Shown in pieces: positions 48,831-63,597 of a DNA stretch of 64,000 nucleotides (position 1 is its first letter; every line of letters begins with the position of its first letter). The position numbers and the translations under genes are program-made. The notes beneath the pieces were generated by a model, which saw only the letters and a program-made list of their open reading frames with translations, was not told the DNA's origin and did no database searches. The DNA is taken from the NCBI GenBank assembly GCA_024137785.1, contig JAHRHZ010000021.1, forward strand, positions 36,801,691-36,865,690, read 5' to 3'. The stretch comes from Ginglymostoma cirratum. Lineage: Eukaryota.

Positions 48831-50582
48831 TCTTCAGCTCAATTTAATGTGTGTAGTCCTTCGTATTATTTGAACTAGTCTCTGTTATATTAAAAATCTA
48901 TTCCGAAGTTAGCCATTTTATGGCTGTTCATGATGCTCCCTCCACAACTGACTGCTCCACAGTCACATTATACATACACAAGTCAGTTTTCAGATGTCTC
49001 CAGTTTCTCTCCCATCTACCTCTCTAACTCACAAACCTGGGACCACCTCAGTGTTTTGAGATTTCCTGTCTGACCTTAAATCATTAATGGGGCACAACTA
49101 TTCCCAAATTAACTGGTAATGTTGGGATCCACAAAGTTTATTTTTTTCATGCAGTGGGTGGCAAGTTTGCAGGAATGAGTGTTAAATCCCCAGAAATTGG
49201 TGCTGCTGTGATCCTGGAACCATGCCATCTTCTTCTGACATTCCTCGGGTTCCGAAGCCAGGGAGAAATCTCCTTGGAACTGGCAGGAAAACAATTAAGG
49301 GAACTTAAAAGGCAATTACATTTTGCATTATGGCATTCCCTGCCAGTACGTAGCTTGCAGAAGGTGAGTGCACAGTGGAAGTCATTGTTGAATGACACTG
49401 ACCTGCTAGCAACAGTATCAGGACAGAAAATCAGCATGTCTGTGGTTTGCCACAGTGAAAGGATTATATCTTTCACTCCTATATTTGGGAATGCAACTGG
49501 AGTCCATCATAGTCAACATGAAATTCTTACCTGCATTGCTGTTCCTGAGGAGGAGCTGCAGCCTTAACAACATTGAGATGCTCAAGCAGTAGCTGCCTTC
49601 TCCATAACCAGATGCAGCTCCACAGGACAGAGAATAGAGATAGAGCTGCACCTCAAAGGAGACAATGCTCCCTGCAGACAGCTGATGTACCAAGAATCAG
49701 CTTGCTTCATTTCTCTGAACAAAGCAAGTCATTTTGAAAGCAGACATCTGGTCGAGGGGGGCAGCAGACAGCCATACTTTGCCTGCGGCTGTCAATGGGA
49801 CCACAACCATTGATTTCCTCACTTCTGATTTCTTCCAGGGATCTTCAGGTGACATCTTCAAGATTTTATAATTTAGTGCCTATACTGCACCAATCAAGTC
49901 CCTTCTCTTTCATTTGCCAAGGCCTCCAGTGATATTCACTTTGATGTAGTGAGGCAAATCAAACCCAGATAGCTGTCAGCTTTGCTTCAACGTCAGGATT
50001 TCCACCAGTGCAGAGGATGATTCAACTCTTGTGGCAATCAAGGGGTCATCAGAACACACACGAGTTTCCACTTCCTGAATAGGCAGCTTGTCAATGATCT
50101 ATCTCAAGAATGTTAAACATGTCTGTGCCAGATATCCAGGCAACTTTCATAACTCTTTCATCCTCTGACAGTCTCAACTTGTACCAGCATTCACTCCAAC
50201 AAACAGCCTCAACGGTTGGCTCCTAGGAGACAACATATTCCCTTTCAAGACCTAGCTGCTAATTCCAGTGAGGGATCCAACCACAGAAATTCAGGAGAGA
50301 CCCATTTCACAATCTTTGCAACCATCAGGAAGCCGTTGGTTTGCTGCAAGTGTCTTTCCAGTGTCTTCACAAATCTGGATGTCCTGCAGGATGCCTCATC
50401 AAGGTTCTCTAGGATAATAATGGTCAGCTGTGCCCCTCATATGATACTGAGGGAGGGTTGGAGTTGGAGCAAGGGGAAGGTAGATAGAGTGCCTGACAAC
50501 TGAGGAGAAGGAGACTGATGTACCATTGATACCTTTAGCTTAACAGTATACACAAAGGATTGGATTTCTAGAATCCAACATG

Positions 50583-50685
50583 CACAAATGTGCAGACCCC
50601 ACACAGTCACCCGAGGCTAGGATCGAACCTGGGTCCCTGGTGCTTTGAGGCAACAGTGCTAACCACTGAGCCACAGTGCTGCCAT
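50583..50685 (-). mobile_element. 5' fragment of an HE1-like SINE
   Basis: gtggctcagtggttagcactgttgcctc...cccaggttcgatcc on the minus strand. Confidence 0.7.
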
Positions 50686-50843
50686 GTTCTGTCATCTTTT
50701 CCAATTCCTTCTTCAAAATGTCATAGTTTTGCAGTTGATCTCTTTATTAATGTGGGCATGTTTATCCAGGATAGTTTTCTTCAAACTTTAAACAAGACCT
50801 CTCTTCTCTTTCATGAGAGTTTGTTTCACAAATATAAGTTAAT

Positions 50844-50948
50844 TCTTCTGAAGAAGAATCATATTAGACTTGAACAGTTAACTCTGTTTCTCTCTTCGTA
50901 GATGCAGCCACACCTGCTGAAATTCTCCAGCATTTCTTTGTGTTTATG
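50844..50948 (+). mobile_element. Older-subfamily solo terminal repeat (degenerate hammerhead)
   Basis: ttCTGAAGAAGAATCATATTAGACTTGAACAGTTAACTC; possible TSD taagttaat at 50835-50843 and 50949-50957. Confidence 0.55.
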
Positions 50949-51839
50949 TAAGTTAATATTGCTGGTTGCAGGAAAGTATTCTTCTTAGCTGCAACGGCCC
51001 ACTGAGTTTCAAACTTCAAATATCTAAGAAAGAGAGTCATGTTCCACCATCAGAGCAACTCTTTTTCTTGCCAATTTCACAGGGCAATGGATGTCTCTGA
51101 ATATGACTGTGAAAATTTGCTATAAACTTTTGCATTTTGGTTATTAAGCTCCCATTTTTCTCTAATGTCCTTTCCCTGGACTGGTAACAATTCTTCCTGT
51201 TCTTGAAGCAGTTGTGTTCGTTCACATGTTCATATGAACCTCTGTCTGAAGCTCTCTAATGTGGGATTTGGAGGGCTTTATTTTCTGGTGTTCACTCATC
51301 AAAAAGTTGCTGCAAACATTTGATTTCTAATAAAACATTTCCTTTTCAATCTCTAAGACTTCCTTTTCCAGACCATTTTTTAATGCATGCATTAAAAATC
51401 TTGTCTTTTGCTTAAACATGCTGCTTCCTCAATCTGAAGTTCCTCATTCATTGAATGTGATTTTTTTTTTCTCTCTAACTGCCACTGTGGCAATAGGAAG
51501 GATCATAGTTTCAGTATTTCTTCAGGTAAAGGAGTTGCTGTGTCAGGTTGTAGTTGTTGTTTTGTGGGATTGGTGTCTTCAGTGGAATTATGGCACAAAA
51601 GCAACTCTGTATCATTTTGTGAACAAGTGTGACTTTACTCAATTGGATAGCAGAGACTTCACAAAGGTTGTAAGTATCTATGCTGTCTTCAAAGAGCACA
51701 GTCAGATCCAGGGCTTTCTCCTACACCAAATCATCAAGATCAATATGGTCATCATTCCCAGGCACTCTTCTCTCAAAAAATGAAGGAACCACAAAATCTA
51801 TCTATGGTCCTAAGGATAGAATTTTATCAATGAAGATTG

Positions 51840-52420
51840 ATTCAGAGCATAATGGAGCAAGATCTACTTCTTTTGCTACTGCTGAACAAAGAAACTATAC
51901 AAGCATTTTTGTTAAAACAGAAATAATGATGATCAGGGATTACTAGAATATTGGTGGTATCTCTCCCATTATAGCACAGAGTAGCGGTCACCTGCCCTCT
52001 CACTCTTACTGGAATAGCTCCTAGGCTCAGTAACAGTTTGAAATCTGAAAGAATGGATACCATAGCTCCTGTATCCAAAATAACTTTAGTTCTCTTGCCA
52101 TTAACTATGGCAAACCAGAATTCATCCTATAAATCTGCAAAATCAGGGTAGCAGAAAGCTTGTAGTGGATCTGTTAAATCTGGGTTGAAGGAATTATCTG
52201 ATGTGTTCATTATATCCTCCGAGAAGAATACATCCTGCACCTCAATATCCTCAAATCCTTGGACACCCACTGACTGTTGCAGCCTATTTTTATCTTTTCG
52301 TCATCCTGATACCATTCTGAAATGGCATCTTTCATAGCACTCATGACACTCAGTATTATTGGCTGGCCCAATCTGATCTTTCAATAGTGGCAACTGCATG
52401 GTCTTTTTTTCTTTCCCCCA
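51840..52420 (-). mobile_element. LTR-retrotransposon gag/protease fragment
   Basis: Decayed zinc knuckle ECHECYERCHFRM (~52320-52355) followed by the retropepsin motif VNGKRTKVILDTGAMVSIL. Confidence 0.6.
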
Positions 52421-52529
52421 TTCCTGTTGACAGTCTGTCCGCCCTTTTATTTCCCACTCTATCTCACACACTTGGGTCCCAGTTCCATATGGTCTGACCT
52501 CATTGATATATAATCATACATACATACAA

Positions 52530-52838
52530 GAATCATACAAGCCCTACAGTTTGGAAATAGGCCCTTCAGCCCTACAAGTCCACACCGACCCTCAGAGCAT
52601 CCCACCCAGACCCATCCCTCTATAACCCACACACCCCTCAACACTATGGGCAATTTAGCATGGCCAATCCACCTAGCCTGCACACCTTTGGACTGTGGGA
52701 GGAAACCGGAGCACCTGGAGGAAATCCATGCAGACACGGGGAGAATGTGCAAACTTCACACAGACAGTTGCCCGAGGGTGGAATCAAACCTGGGTCCCTG
52801 GCACTGTGAGGCAGCAGTGCTAACCACTGACCCACCAT
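52530..52838 (-). mobile_element. tRNA-derived V-SINE (HE1-like), near full length
   Basis: Head ggtcagtggttagcactgctgcctcacag...ggtttgattcc (Pol III A/B boxes); V-domain gggtttcctcc-like...ggattggccatgctaaattgccc; CR1-like tail. Confidence 0.85.
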
Positions 52839-53769
52839 TATATGAATTCATTATACTACAATACAGCCCAAGAAGATTTATTAACATCAGAGTTAAGACT
52901 GTTACAGGACACATGAGTCTGATAACTTCAGCCTAAACAATGTCAACTTTATTTCTATCACAACTTTAAAATTAGTGTTAAAAGTTCTTTCTTTTTGGAC
53001 AGAGACAATTCTTTGCAAATGTTAAGAAATTCAGGTGCTTAGTTACAGCATTTTGTGTTCAGATATGTGTATCTAGAGATTAATTCCTTCTTGACCTCAG
53101 AATGTTGTAGTGAAAGTAGTTTAATTATGTAACTGACGCACTGCTAAAAAGTGCTTATCACTGTTCTCACCATTGATTTAGAATAAAATTGCTACAATTT
53201 TGTGAAAAGTGAAATTTCAACATTTTTGTTCACATATGGATAGTTGAAAGGAGAAATCCTTATTCCCAGTCTAAGCCAGACTGTTGGAAGCACAATATTC
53301 AGACTCTCCCAAAACTGTAAATGCAAGAAAAGCACAATAAACTATTGTGAACAAGTGGCTTAAAATTGTTATTCCATTTAGACCTTACACTGTGTATTTG
53401 CTAAATTTATAACATAATTGCATAGAAAAACCTTAATTGTCCAATTTAAAAGATTAACAGAACACTTCTTTCTTATTGTATTGAAAAGGAGTTTCCTTAA
53501 CACTAGAACAGTTGTGATCACTTGTGCAGCTCTTGGCAAAATCGATGCATGTGTTTCTTATTACCTGAAGTTATTTTATAACTTGAACACCTTGCATCAG
53601 TATATACAGGAAATCTGTTTGCCTTCTGGTCAGGGGCAATGACAATTAATCCCCTAATGACACAACCTCAGTGACATCATATTCTACTTGTTACAAGTGT
53701 TTAACATATTTAGTTAAGGTTTGCTCTGGAACAATCAACTGTTAAATGATAATGTGCGCTAGAAACAAT

Positions 53770-54930
53770 GGAAACATATAAAATAGGAGCAAGTGTTGTT
53801 TATTTGGCCCATTGAGTCTGTTCTCCCATGATCATGGCTGATCCCCTATGTCAAGCCATACTCCTGCACTCTCCTTGTATCCCTTGATACTTTTACTGTT
53901 TATGATGCAATCTATTTCTTTCTTAAACATATTCAGTGATTTGGTCTCCACCCCCTTATGTGGTATAGAGTTCAACAGAGTCACCACCATCTGAGTTAAG
54001 AAATTTCTCTTTCTCTCTCTCATCTTAGTCCTAAATGGTCTACCCAGTACCCTGAGAATGTGGACACCCCAGGCAAGGGGGAATATCATGCCTGCATCCT
54101 GTCAGAATTTTATGTGTTATAATTTAATCCCCTCTCATTCTTCTATATTCCATTGAATACAGGCTTAGTCAATCTAACCTCCTTATATGACAAATCTGAC
54201 ATCCCAGGAATCAGCTTGGTAAACTTTTGCTGAACTCTTCTATGGCAGTATATTTTTTTTAAGATAAGGCAACCAGAACTGCACACAATACTCCACAATA
54301 CTCATGAAGGCCCTTAACAACAGTAGCAAGAAACTCCTGTTCGTGCACTCAAATGCCATTGCAATGAAGACCAAAATAACATTTGCATTCCTAACTGCTT
54401 GATGTACCTGCATGCTAGCTATTACCTACTGTCATACAAGGATACCCAGATCCCTTTTTACATCAACATCAATCTATTACCATTTAAGTAAATTGCTGCC
54501 ACGTTATTAGTCTGACAGAAGGGGACAACTTCCCTTTTATCTACATTATCATGCATCTGCCGTATATTTACCCACTCACCCAACTTGTCTGAATTGCCTT
54601 GAAGCCTCTTTGCTTTCCACTTGCCACTTGTAAATCTACCCAGTTTTGTGTCAATTGCAAACTTGAAAATATTACATTTAATTCACTCATTCAAATCATT
54701 GGAATATATTGTGAATAGCTAGGACCTGATCCACATGGTCCTAAATCCACAAATCAGTGGTCCTTGATCCACAAATCAGAACTTCAATACCTAAAAAAAC
54801 GTTTTTATTCCTACTCTCTATTTCCTGTCTGCTAACTAATTCTCAATCCATATTAGTATCATATACCCAACCCCTTATACTTTAATTTTGTACACTAACC
54901 TCTTAAATGGGGCTTCACCAAAAGCTCTAG
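53770..54930 (-). mobile_element. CR1 LINE 3' fragment
   Basis: LRVLGRPFRTKMR...LLNSIPHKGVE; tail aaataggagcaagtg. Confidence 0.65.
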
Positions 54931-57900
54931 ATTTGCCAACATAAAATGTCAATGACCTATATTAAACTATTAAAATGCAACAGTTATCAATCTGGTACAG
55001 GCATTAAAATACTTATTTTTCACTCCAATTTTAATCCTATCCATTACCCATGGAATCCAACCATACACTTACTTGGAGCATATGACATAATTTATCCATG
55101 GTTTCCGCATACCTTCACATGTGTGGCTCTGTCACCATGTCCCAATTAAAATTATGCTGGAATACATTTCCATCGGTTCTTTCATACTGAACCAAGCCAA
55201 TAACAAAGAAATTTAATCAACGATGGGGGTAGGTTTGGAAATCACAGACCTTACCTGACATTTTGTAACCAGAAGGAGACCCCTGCTTAATTTGATTAAC
55301 ATCAAATCATAAAAAGAATGCACTTTTCAAAACACATCCACTGGGGGATTCTAGGGAACTTGGGAACTCACAGAACTTAATGCTCACAGTGAAATAATCT
55401 TAACATGGGTTATTAGATTACCTGACCATTATCATTCAAGAAAATTGCCTGAGAATAAATTACAACCATGGATGAGAAAAAAAAGATGGTTTTAAGTAAC
55501 TATATTTTCAGTTCCTATTTTCACATTCTTTTTAATATCCAGCTTTGTGGAAGAATATATTTTGATTCCATTTATATGAATTCACCAATGAACCAAACTA
55601 GCTACACAGCCTAATGGTGCCTCAAATGCTAGTTGTCACTTGTCACAAAGGTATCATTCTATTATTTTCAACATCTCTCAATGGTATAGATCATGGAAAT
55701 TAGATTGCTTATATGGATGCCAAATGCAGATCCTATTTCTTCACTACATCCAACCTTTCCAATACAGTCTTCTGCCCTGTGACTGCAATATACTTCAAAC
55801 AGGCCAGGTGAGATATTCAGAAATCTGCTTTATTCAACCTCAAACAGCATAACCTGACCAAACTACTTTTTTTTTCTCGAAATTGGGTGCCTTACTCATA
55901 TTATTCATAGGTTGCATTCAGTCCAAAATACCAAGAGTTGGAATTTATATCAGGTTGGGGAGGGACAGTGCAATCACAGACTGACCTCCTCCACCCCTAC
56001 TCTACAAATGGCATAGGGTAATGGGCAGGCCTGCCCCACTTAGGGGTAATTAATGAGAAAACATTGAGGTTTACTGCCTCCAGTTGACATAAGGATCCTA
56101 TGAAGGAGGCACCCAAGCCCTGGCCAGGCACCAGCCCAAGATCTGCCTGTCTGAATAGGCTGTTGGTCGCTTGTTGTCATCGGTTAAATCCCAGCAGTGG
56201 AGGGAGAAAGCCTTTAACTGACTTGTAAAAGGCCTCAATTAGTCCATGGACAGGATAGGTTGTAAAGTTGCAATTAAAGTGGACAAGAACAGTGGCCATA
56301 GCATGGCAGCCAATTTTACAGCTTTCGTGTGCCCTCAATATCCAGCCCCGAATCTCTCACCACCACACTCACCATAGTTTTTCCAGTTTATCTATTGTTT
56401 TCATATTTGTGATATCCATGAGGTAGCAAAGATCTATGCTGTATGCTTCCTCTTTAAGTTGTGCACTTCATCCATGAAGAGGCCACATGACATACAAGTC
56501 TCTCCTCAGTGGGGTGGCTTTGTGAGTTGTTATTCCCCTCAGGGCTCAGTGCTTCTCTCAAACACACACATTACCTTATCATGATATATAAAATGATTTC
56601 ATCTAATTCTTTATTTTCAGTGGTGAATATTTATTAATACAGAGTAATACTGAAAATGATACACAGTCACAAACTCAATTAACTTTCAAAGTCATCAAAG
56701 TGTTTCCTGTACTCCTCACTTAAACACCATCTGACTGTTTTGGGAGAAAATGTTGACAAATATCCATTGGCAATAACAGGGACAATATTTATGATGGTTA
56801 TTAATTAAGTAGATAATAAGTGCTATGGATGTGAGGGTTCATGAAGCAGCCAGTCCTCATTGTAATGGAGTTGTCAAGCTGCCAACACAAACCACCACTG
56901 AGGCAATTTACAAATCTGGAGGCAGGAAATTAGGCAGAGCAACCACATGCAAGGGTTCTGATCCTGAATGGAAACAGGTACTAACCTTTAAAAAAGAAGT
57001 AATACTGCAGAACAGCGAATAATATGTGTATAGAACCAACAGCAGAAAATGCAAGAGACAAATTTTACTGGAACTCTGTATCAAACAATGAATCAATAGA
57101 AAAGATTTATCAGCCTTGAGTCAGCTGACTAAGAATTATCTCCTGAATCAACCTTGTTGAAGGATTATGAAATTAACAATACAAGAACTTAGAAAGAAGT
57201 ATAAATTAAAGTGGATAAATTTAATGTTAGATCAGTAGAGAAAGAAAAATAAAGAAAGATTGTATAGAAACAAAATAAAGGAAACAGAAAATGTCAAAGT
57301 TTTTAAATTTCACAACCACAATTAAAACCTCAAGGAGTGAGAATCCATACTTGTCGTATTTAATTGTCAATGTCAGAGTGGTGGTTTGGAGCTAATTAAC
57401 ATTTATCATATTGTTAAAGGAATACTTATCCAGGAATGGACAAGATTTAACTTTCTGCTGACATTAGTTTCTATCTGCCACATAACTTAATAGCATTCAA
57501 TGCAATTAAATGACTATTAAGAAAGAAAGATGCCATTTTCATAAAGCCAGAAGTTGACAGATGCAACTGCAGCAGTAGGTTTAGCTATTTGAGTTTAAAT
57601 GCGCATCTGTCCCAGCCTGATGTTTCTGAACCACATTCACATAAATAATGGTGAATCTCATCAGCACTAACAATCTTAGAAAAAATTAGAAGAAAAATTA
57701 TAGAATTATACATTGTTACTTAGAAAAAACAGGATATAATTCCTACCAAGTCTGTAGTGCTGTTTTCCTTCACAAATCAGCTAATTAATTCCATTTGTGC
57801 TTCCTCTCATATAACGCCTAATATTCATCTTTTTCAAGCAACCATCTAATTCTCCTTAAACATACTCTAGGCTCTGCTTTGACAATGGTTTGTGGCACAA

Positions 57901-60900
57901 AATTCCACATTGTAAATAGCTGGTATATAAAAACATTTATTCTAGTCTCTTCTTTCAATATTTTATATTTAGTTTAATTTGGGCTCTTGTTTTTTTTTGT
58001 CTCACCAAACCAGTGTGAGCAACTTATCCCTACTCACATCATAATCTTTCATAACATTTAATATCTTTATTGTTAACTTATATAGCTGTTCTGAAAATAT
58101 CTCATATTTCATATCTCTCCATAAATTGTAATAATTCAGCAGATCTCAAGTATGTTTCCTCTATTAATGTCCCAGGAGAGAGCCAGTCTATGTCACCTGA
58201 AGTGAAAAAACATTTTCCACTCCAGCTTTTCCAAAGGCGTTGCAGTCCCAAATAACATCGATGAAACCGGAACCTTACAACTTCTGTCACTCCAATACAA
58301 TGTGTCAGCTAATTGGCAACACGTGTTGGAACCCATTACCATGCTCAAAAGTACACAAAGCAATCTGAGAAATACACAGAGTCTTTCTAGTTCTCATTAC
58401 AGACATTTGTTCCCAGAGAGACAGCTGTCACTTAACCAAGTGCAGAAATCATAGACACGGGAGTAATGCCTTATTTGTTTTCCTTCTCACTATTTATCCA
58501 GTTAGGACCATATTCTCCATCCGGATACTGATGTCAGATTAGCTTGAGCCCCCTCATGACAGGCTTCCCCTCCAGATCCTACTTCCTTGTATATGATTAA
58601 CAATGTCCTCAAACTTCAGATCACCTGGTCTGTCATTAAAGAATAATTTGGGTCTAATCATTTATATCATAACACTCAACCCCAAAGAAGCTTTCCTGAA
58701 GAAAAACTGGGGTCATTGCAACAAGTGGATACGTAAATATTTAGTACGTCACAGAGGATTACAATATCATGTTTGTTCATGTGTTGCTATGTAGATTTTG
58801 TAAGGATGGACAGAAATTATGGATTCACTACAAATTCTAGTAATTTCTGCATGGAGAGTAGAAGCAGTGTGTAGGAAAGATCCTCATATCGCGTACTAGC
58901 TCTCCCTAACCCTCAAAAGTTACATAAATTTGACCAAAATGGATCAATCTCCCCGCACCAATCTCCTACACAAACAAGGAGTGGCATTACACTTGCTTGG
59001 GCCTTTGACCTGGTTTGGGACTCCTTCACTGATTAAGCCAAGATACCTTACCTCAACCCCTAAACTTACCAGTGAATTCAATCAGGCCTCAAGCAATTAC
59101 ATTGACTGAAAAGTCCTGATGCCATCCTTGGCAAGCAAATTACCTGTTACACAAAACTGTTTTAAAAGTTACATTGCCTTTTGAATAGAACATTGCATTG
59201 TTACCCGAGCAGCTCATGGGGGGTATTTGTCCAAAAACTTACCTTGAGTAGATTTTCACGTATCTATTGAAGGCAGTTAATTCCGGACTGTGGCTGGGGC
59301 TAGAAACACAGAGGCTTAATCACCCCATACCAGCTGCTGGTTATAACGTATCACTTAGGATGGACTGAAAATGCTCACCAGCCAATTGTGTAGGAATAAC
59401 CAACGCATTAAGATAAGAGGAATTTAAACAATGAATGAAAAAATCAATTGTTTACAGGTTGTTACTGTTTAAAAGGTAAATAGTTATCTCAAAACCATTT
59501 TGAAAGTATTTATTACTGATAACTTCTGAGATTGCAAGTATGTACCTGGCAAGGCTATTACTTCATAATACTTTATTTGCTAGAGACAATACAACAATAG
59601 GAACATAATTCATAACAACATCTACTGCAGCAATCAAGTCAGAGCCAGACATGACAGAGAAATTTGCGCATGTGGTTATGCTTCATATCAAATTAAACCA
59701 AAGAGAAACCAGCAGGTATTACCACTGTCCAGTCAGTGAAGCCCTCATTCTGAACTTATGTCAAGTTTTAACATCAATCTAAAGAAACACTGCTAAAGTT
59801 GTTATGTGAATAAACCTTTAATAATGTGTTGTTTCACTTGGCCAACACTGACTTGATTAATTTTGAATGGCATCATTATTTGTATCTGAAAATCATTTTA
59901 TTACTTACATATTTCTACTTTGTTGCACTATTAAAACTGTGGGTAATTATTTTTAATCTTTCAAGAGGCACATCCAATGTTGTTTGCATCCAATAAAAAT
60001 TTATGCTTTCAAGGCTCAGGAGTTGTTCGGTTGGGTGTGCGGCCAGTGAAATAAATGTGAAAAACTTCATTCCCAACAGGGAATTGTAGTTCCAACTTGG
60101 CAGTGTAAAAAATGTTGAAAATACTCAGTAGGTCAGTCAACAACACAAAGGGAGAACCAGAAACAATTATCACAAATTGGTTAAGAGTAAATTTTGGCGA
60201 GTTTCATGGAGGGTTTCTCTCCGTGAGCAATAACAGGGTTTTTCACTCTATTCCCTGCAACGCACTTCATTACCTATATACCACCTTTCTATAGCATACA
60301 TCTCGGGCTACCTCCCTTCTCACCAGCACAGGAAGCACTCGTCACAGCTGAAGCCTCCTGGGATTCCCAGCACTATGTTTAAAGCCCAGTCATGTGTCAG
60401 ACATTGCCCTAAACAGTGGACATAGAGGGAGAGGAACTGAAAATAAATATTTCTAAGTGTATATAAGTGGCACAGTTGATACTTCATTGCAAATACTTGT
60501 ACCTTTGCAAATGTATTACTATTTATGAGCTAAGATACATAGTTTACATGTCCTCAGTACCATCCCATTATAGAACCTGTATAAGAGCAGGGGGCTTCCT
60601 TTCCCCAAATCCTGTTGTAGCCTAACATCTTCTCATTGTTCAATGTGGGGCCAATTATGAACTGGAATGGTGTCAAATGCTTGAAACCATTCAATTCTAT
60701 TCAGCAAAAGCAAAGAAAAAAAAATTAAGTTACGTGTGCTTTTTAGAACAGACATGGACAGCTTGAATTTCAAGTAGCAACAAATTTACAGTCAATAAGT
60801 GATCACTGCACCCGGCTCACATCTGTCAGAAGTGGATGTCAATTAAGTCCTGCCTAGCTTGTTGTGCCTGATATTGCAGCGCTCCTTCGTGTAGAAGATG

Positions 60901-60979
60901 ATGATCCAATTCTACCTTGTCACAAGTTCCTCCCCAGACGACTGCTGCTGCTCTCCCAGATCTTAAGCATCCATCACAT

Positions 60980-61330
60980 CCTCTCTTTGCCTCCATGAGT
61001 TGTGCAGAGCACAAAATTTTACTATTATGCAGCACACTCTGTCTGAACCAGATTGCAAGATCTCTCCCAGATCAATCAAAGCATTGGAACCTCATCTTTA
61101 GCAGATTGATCATTTGCTCCACAATGGTCTTCATCAAAGAATGGGCAGCATTGTACCTACATTTGGCTTCCGTCAGGGTGTTGTGTAAAAGGGTTATCAG
61201 CCACTGGAGAAAGGCCTTGCTGTCTGTCACCATCCTTGCAAGGCATCTAGCCCTTGATAGTCTCACATACTTCCTTATATAATACAGCATGGAGAACTCC
61301 AACAAAGAGGGACATGGACCTTTGACATAC
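60980..61330 (-). pseudogene. PIF/Harbinger transposase fragment
   Basis: DSKAFLQWLITLLHNTLTEAKCRYNAAHSLMKTIVEQMINLLKMRFQCFD*SG matches the Harbinger YN..H...R..IE..FG.LK.RF motif. Confidence 0.7.
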
Positions 61331-63519
61331 AGTCCTTATTCCTATGAATGCAGCACAAATGGTGCTGTGCAAATACAGGAGATTATAAGTACTGAATGAT
61401 TACTGATACGTTGTACCTCACATCCTACATCACCCAAGAAGACAGCATTTTTCAATACCAGGTGGTCTACCTAGTCTTATGGCAGAGTTGTTTCCCTGAA
61501 AGATGATAAATGAAAAAGCACACTATTCAGTACCAACACCATTCAAACAACAATCAGATGTGACAGGGAAGGTGGGCCAGCCTTTGGATGGTAATCCAAG
61601 TCAGATTATTTTAAATGATAACTCCTAATACCTGCTCCAGCCTCAATAATCTTCCCTCACCTTTAAAGATACTTGCTCGATGAAGTGCTAGACAGTTTAA
61701 TTGATGCTAGCCACCCAAGAAATTGGCTCCTGATGATGAATTTGGGCAATAAACAGTATGATTAGCAATGTTTGGCTACAAACTAAAGGAAATAATCAGG
61801 CATCACAAAGTCAGTGTTCTGCCTGCATTGTAAACAACATGTTTTCAGAGGCTCTCCAACTCAGCATCATGGCTTCAATGCTTAGATTGTGGGTGGCAAT
61901 ACTTTATCATTATTGAATCTCTGACCTATGTTCTATTTTCCACTAACTCTCCTATCCAAAGTGAAGCAGTGGTAAGTGGTCCCTCATCTTCAACCTTGCG
62001 CTTTGCTCAACCAATTCTGTTGCATCTCTCTCACTTTAAGCCCCAATCTCTACCCTGAATTTCTTCTTAATATATCCTCCTTTATTTCAAACCTGAATCT
62101 CTAGTCTAGACTGCTGTCAATGAGTTTAACCTTCATCTAATGGATGTCTGTCCGTTGATTTCACTGCCCTCCTTATACCTTTGTGCACCATACAAACCTA
62201 TGCATGGCCATGCTGTCATTCTTAGCTTCACCAAATTCCTTAATGAACTTGCCCTTCCATTCTCTCTAATCCCTGGCACTACAGATGCCCCTAATCCCTA
62301 ACATTAATCGTTATTCTACTGACACCAGTCTGTACACCCCTTCCTGTTTGCCTCACCTTTGGACAAACTGCCAGCTTCAAACCCCAAGGTTTCAAACTTC
62401 ATCTATAAAATGTTGTATTGTTACCTCCCCACCCTCCCTTAAAACCCAACTATTGTTTGATCACCCCTCATGATTAGCATCTATTTTCCAATACGTCATT
62501 CGAAGTGCTTCTTTTTCCCATATTAAAAGCTTTAAATAAACGCAAATGGTTATTCTTGTTGATTAAATTTCTGATAATAATTTGCGACAAACTATTCTGG
62601 AGAAAGAAGAGACAAGACATTGATTCTAAGACTACAAGGTCATAATATTTTTGAAGATGTTTAACCATTTGTTAAATGGCTTGGTGATAAACAATAGGGG
62701 GAACTGGGAAGATTTTGTGTTCGATGTTTTACTTTTAAAGTGTTATTTGATCTCACTAATCTAGTAATGCAATAGTATAACTGGCCTGAAGTTAAGGAGT
62801 GGCAAAATGAGCCAAAGTTCACACTCCTGATTACTGTCCAGAGGCTGACACCCTCCACAACCTGAAAAGCAAACACAAAGGAAAAGAAAAGATCACACTC
62901 AGTTGTGGTGCCTCCCATTTATTGTCAATAGCCTGTTAAAATTCATGTCTGGGTTTAGTCATGCAACTGCATCTCAGCACAGTCCATAGCTGTGAGTAAG
63001 GGAGGGGGTTGGAAGGGAAACAAATAATCAAGGTAAATAGATGACTAAAGTGATCAAAATGAAAATATTTGCATATATGCTTTATATTAATATGCTTTCA
63101 CTTCCTACTTGTCTGTTAATTATGCAATCATTGCACTGAAGGTACAGGGAATTGGATGCAGCACTTACTTTATTTATGTTTTAATTTTTTAAGGCCCTTT
63201 CCTTAAGGCACTATTTCTCACTGGTGTACGGCCTCATGCAAGTCAGTTACTTCTGAAGTTTTGTCCATGCTATTGTTCATTCATGAGCTCTGACAATTAA
63301 TGTCAACAGGCGATCCAACGATTGACCAAATTAGAGCCAATTTTAACATCTCTTCTTCCAACGTTCAGCAGCATGTACACATTGCAGAGCTGCCTGATAG
63401 TGATTAAAAGTAGGAATTCAAGTCAATTATTTTGCCTCACTAATCAGTGGTCACTGAGATCAAATGTATTTACATTCCCAGCGGTTATCAGCATTAACAA
63501 CAATTTGTATTTTATATTA

Positions 63520-63597
63520 GATAACAAGGTGTAGAGCTGGATGAACACAGCAGGCCAAGCAGCATCAGAGGAGGAGGAAAGCTGACGTTTCAGGCCT
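63520..63597 (-). mobile_element. Truncated Penelope terminal-repeat copy
   Basis: ataacaaggtgtagagctggatgaacacagcaggccaagcagcatc...gctgacgtttcaggcc matches the other copies; the CUGANGA half is missing. Confidence 0.75.

Noticed and set aside
49100-50460. Several overlapping 90-137 aa ORFs in a more GC-balanced segment
   Set aside because: No recognisable motif or consistent splice structure; probably a decayed transposon that I cannot classify.
52780-52838. tRNA-like sequence with A/B boxes
   Set aside because: It is the head of a V-SINE, continuous with the SINE body; not a tRNA gene.
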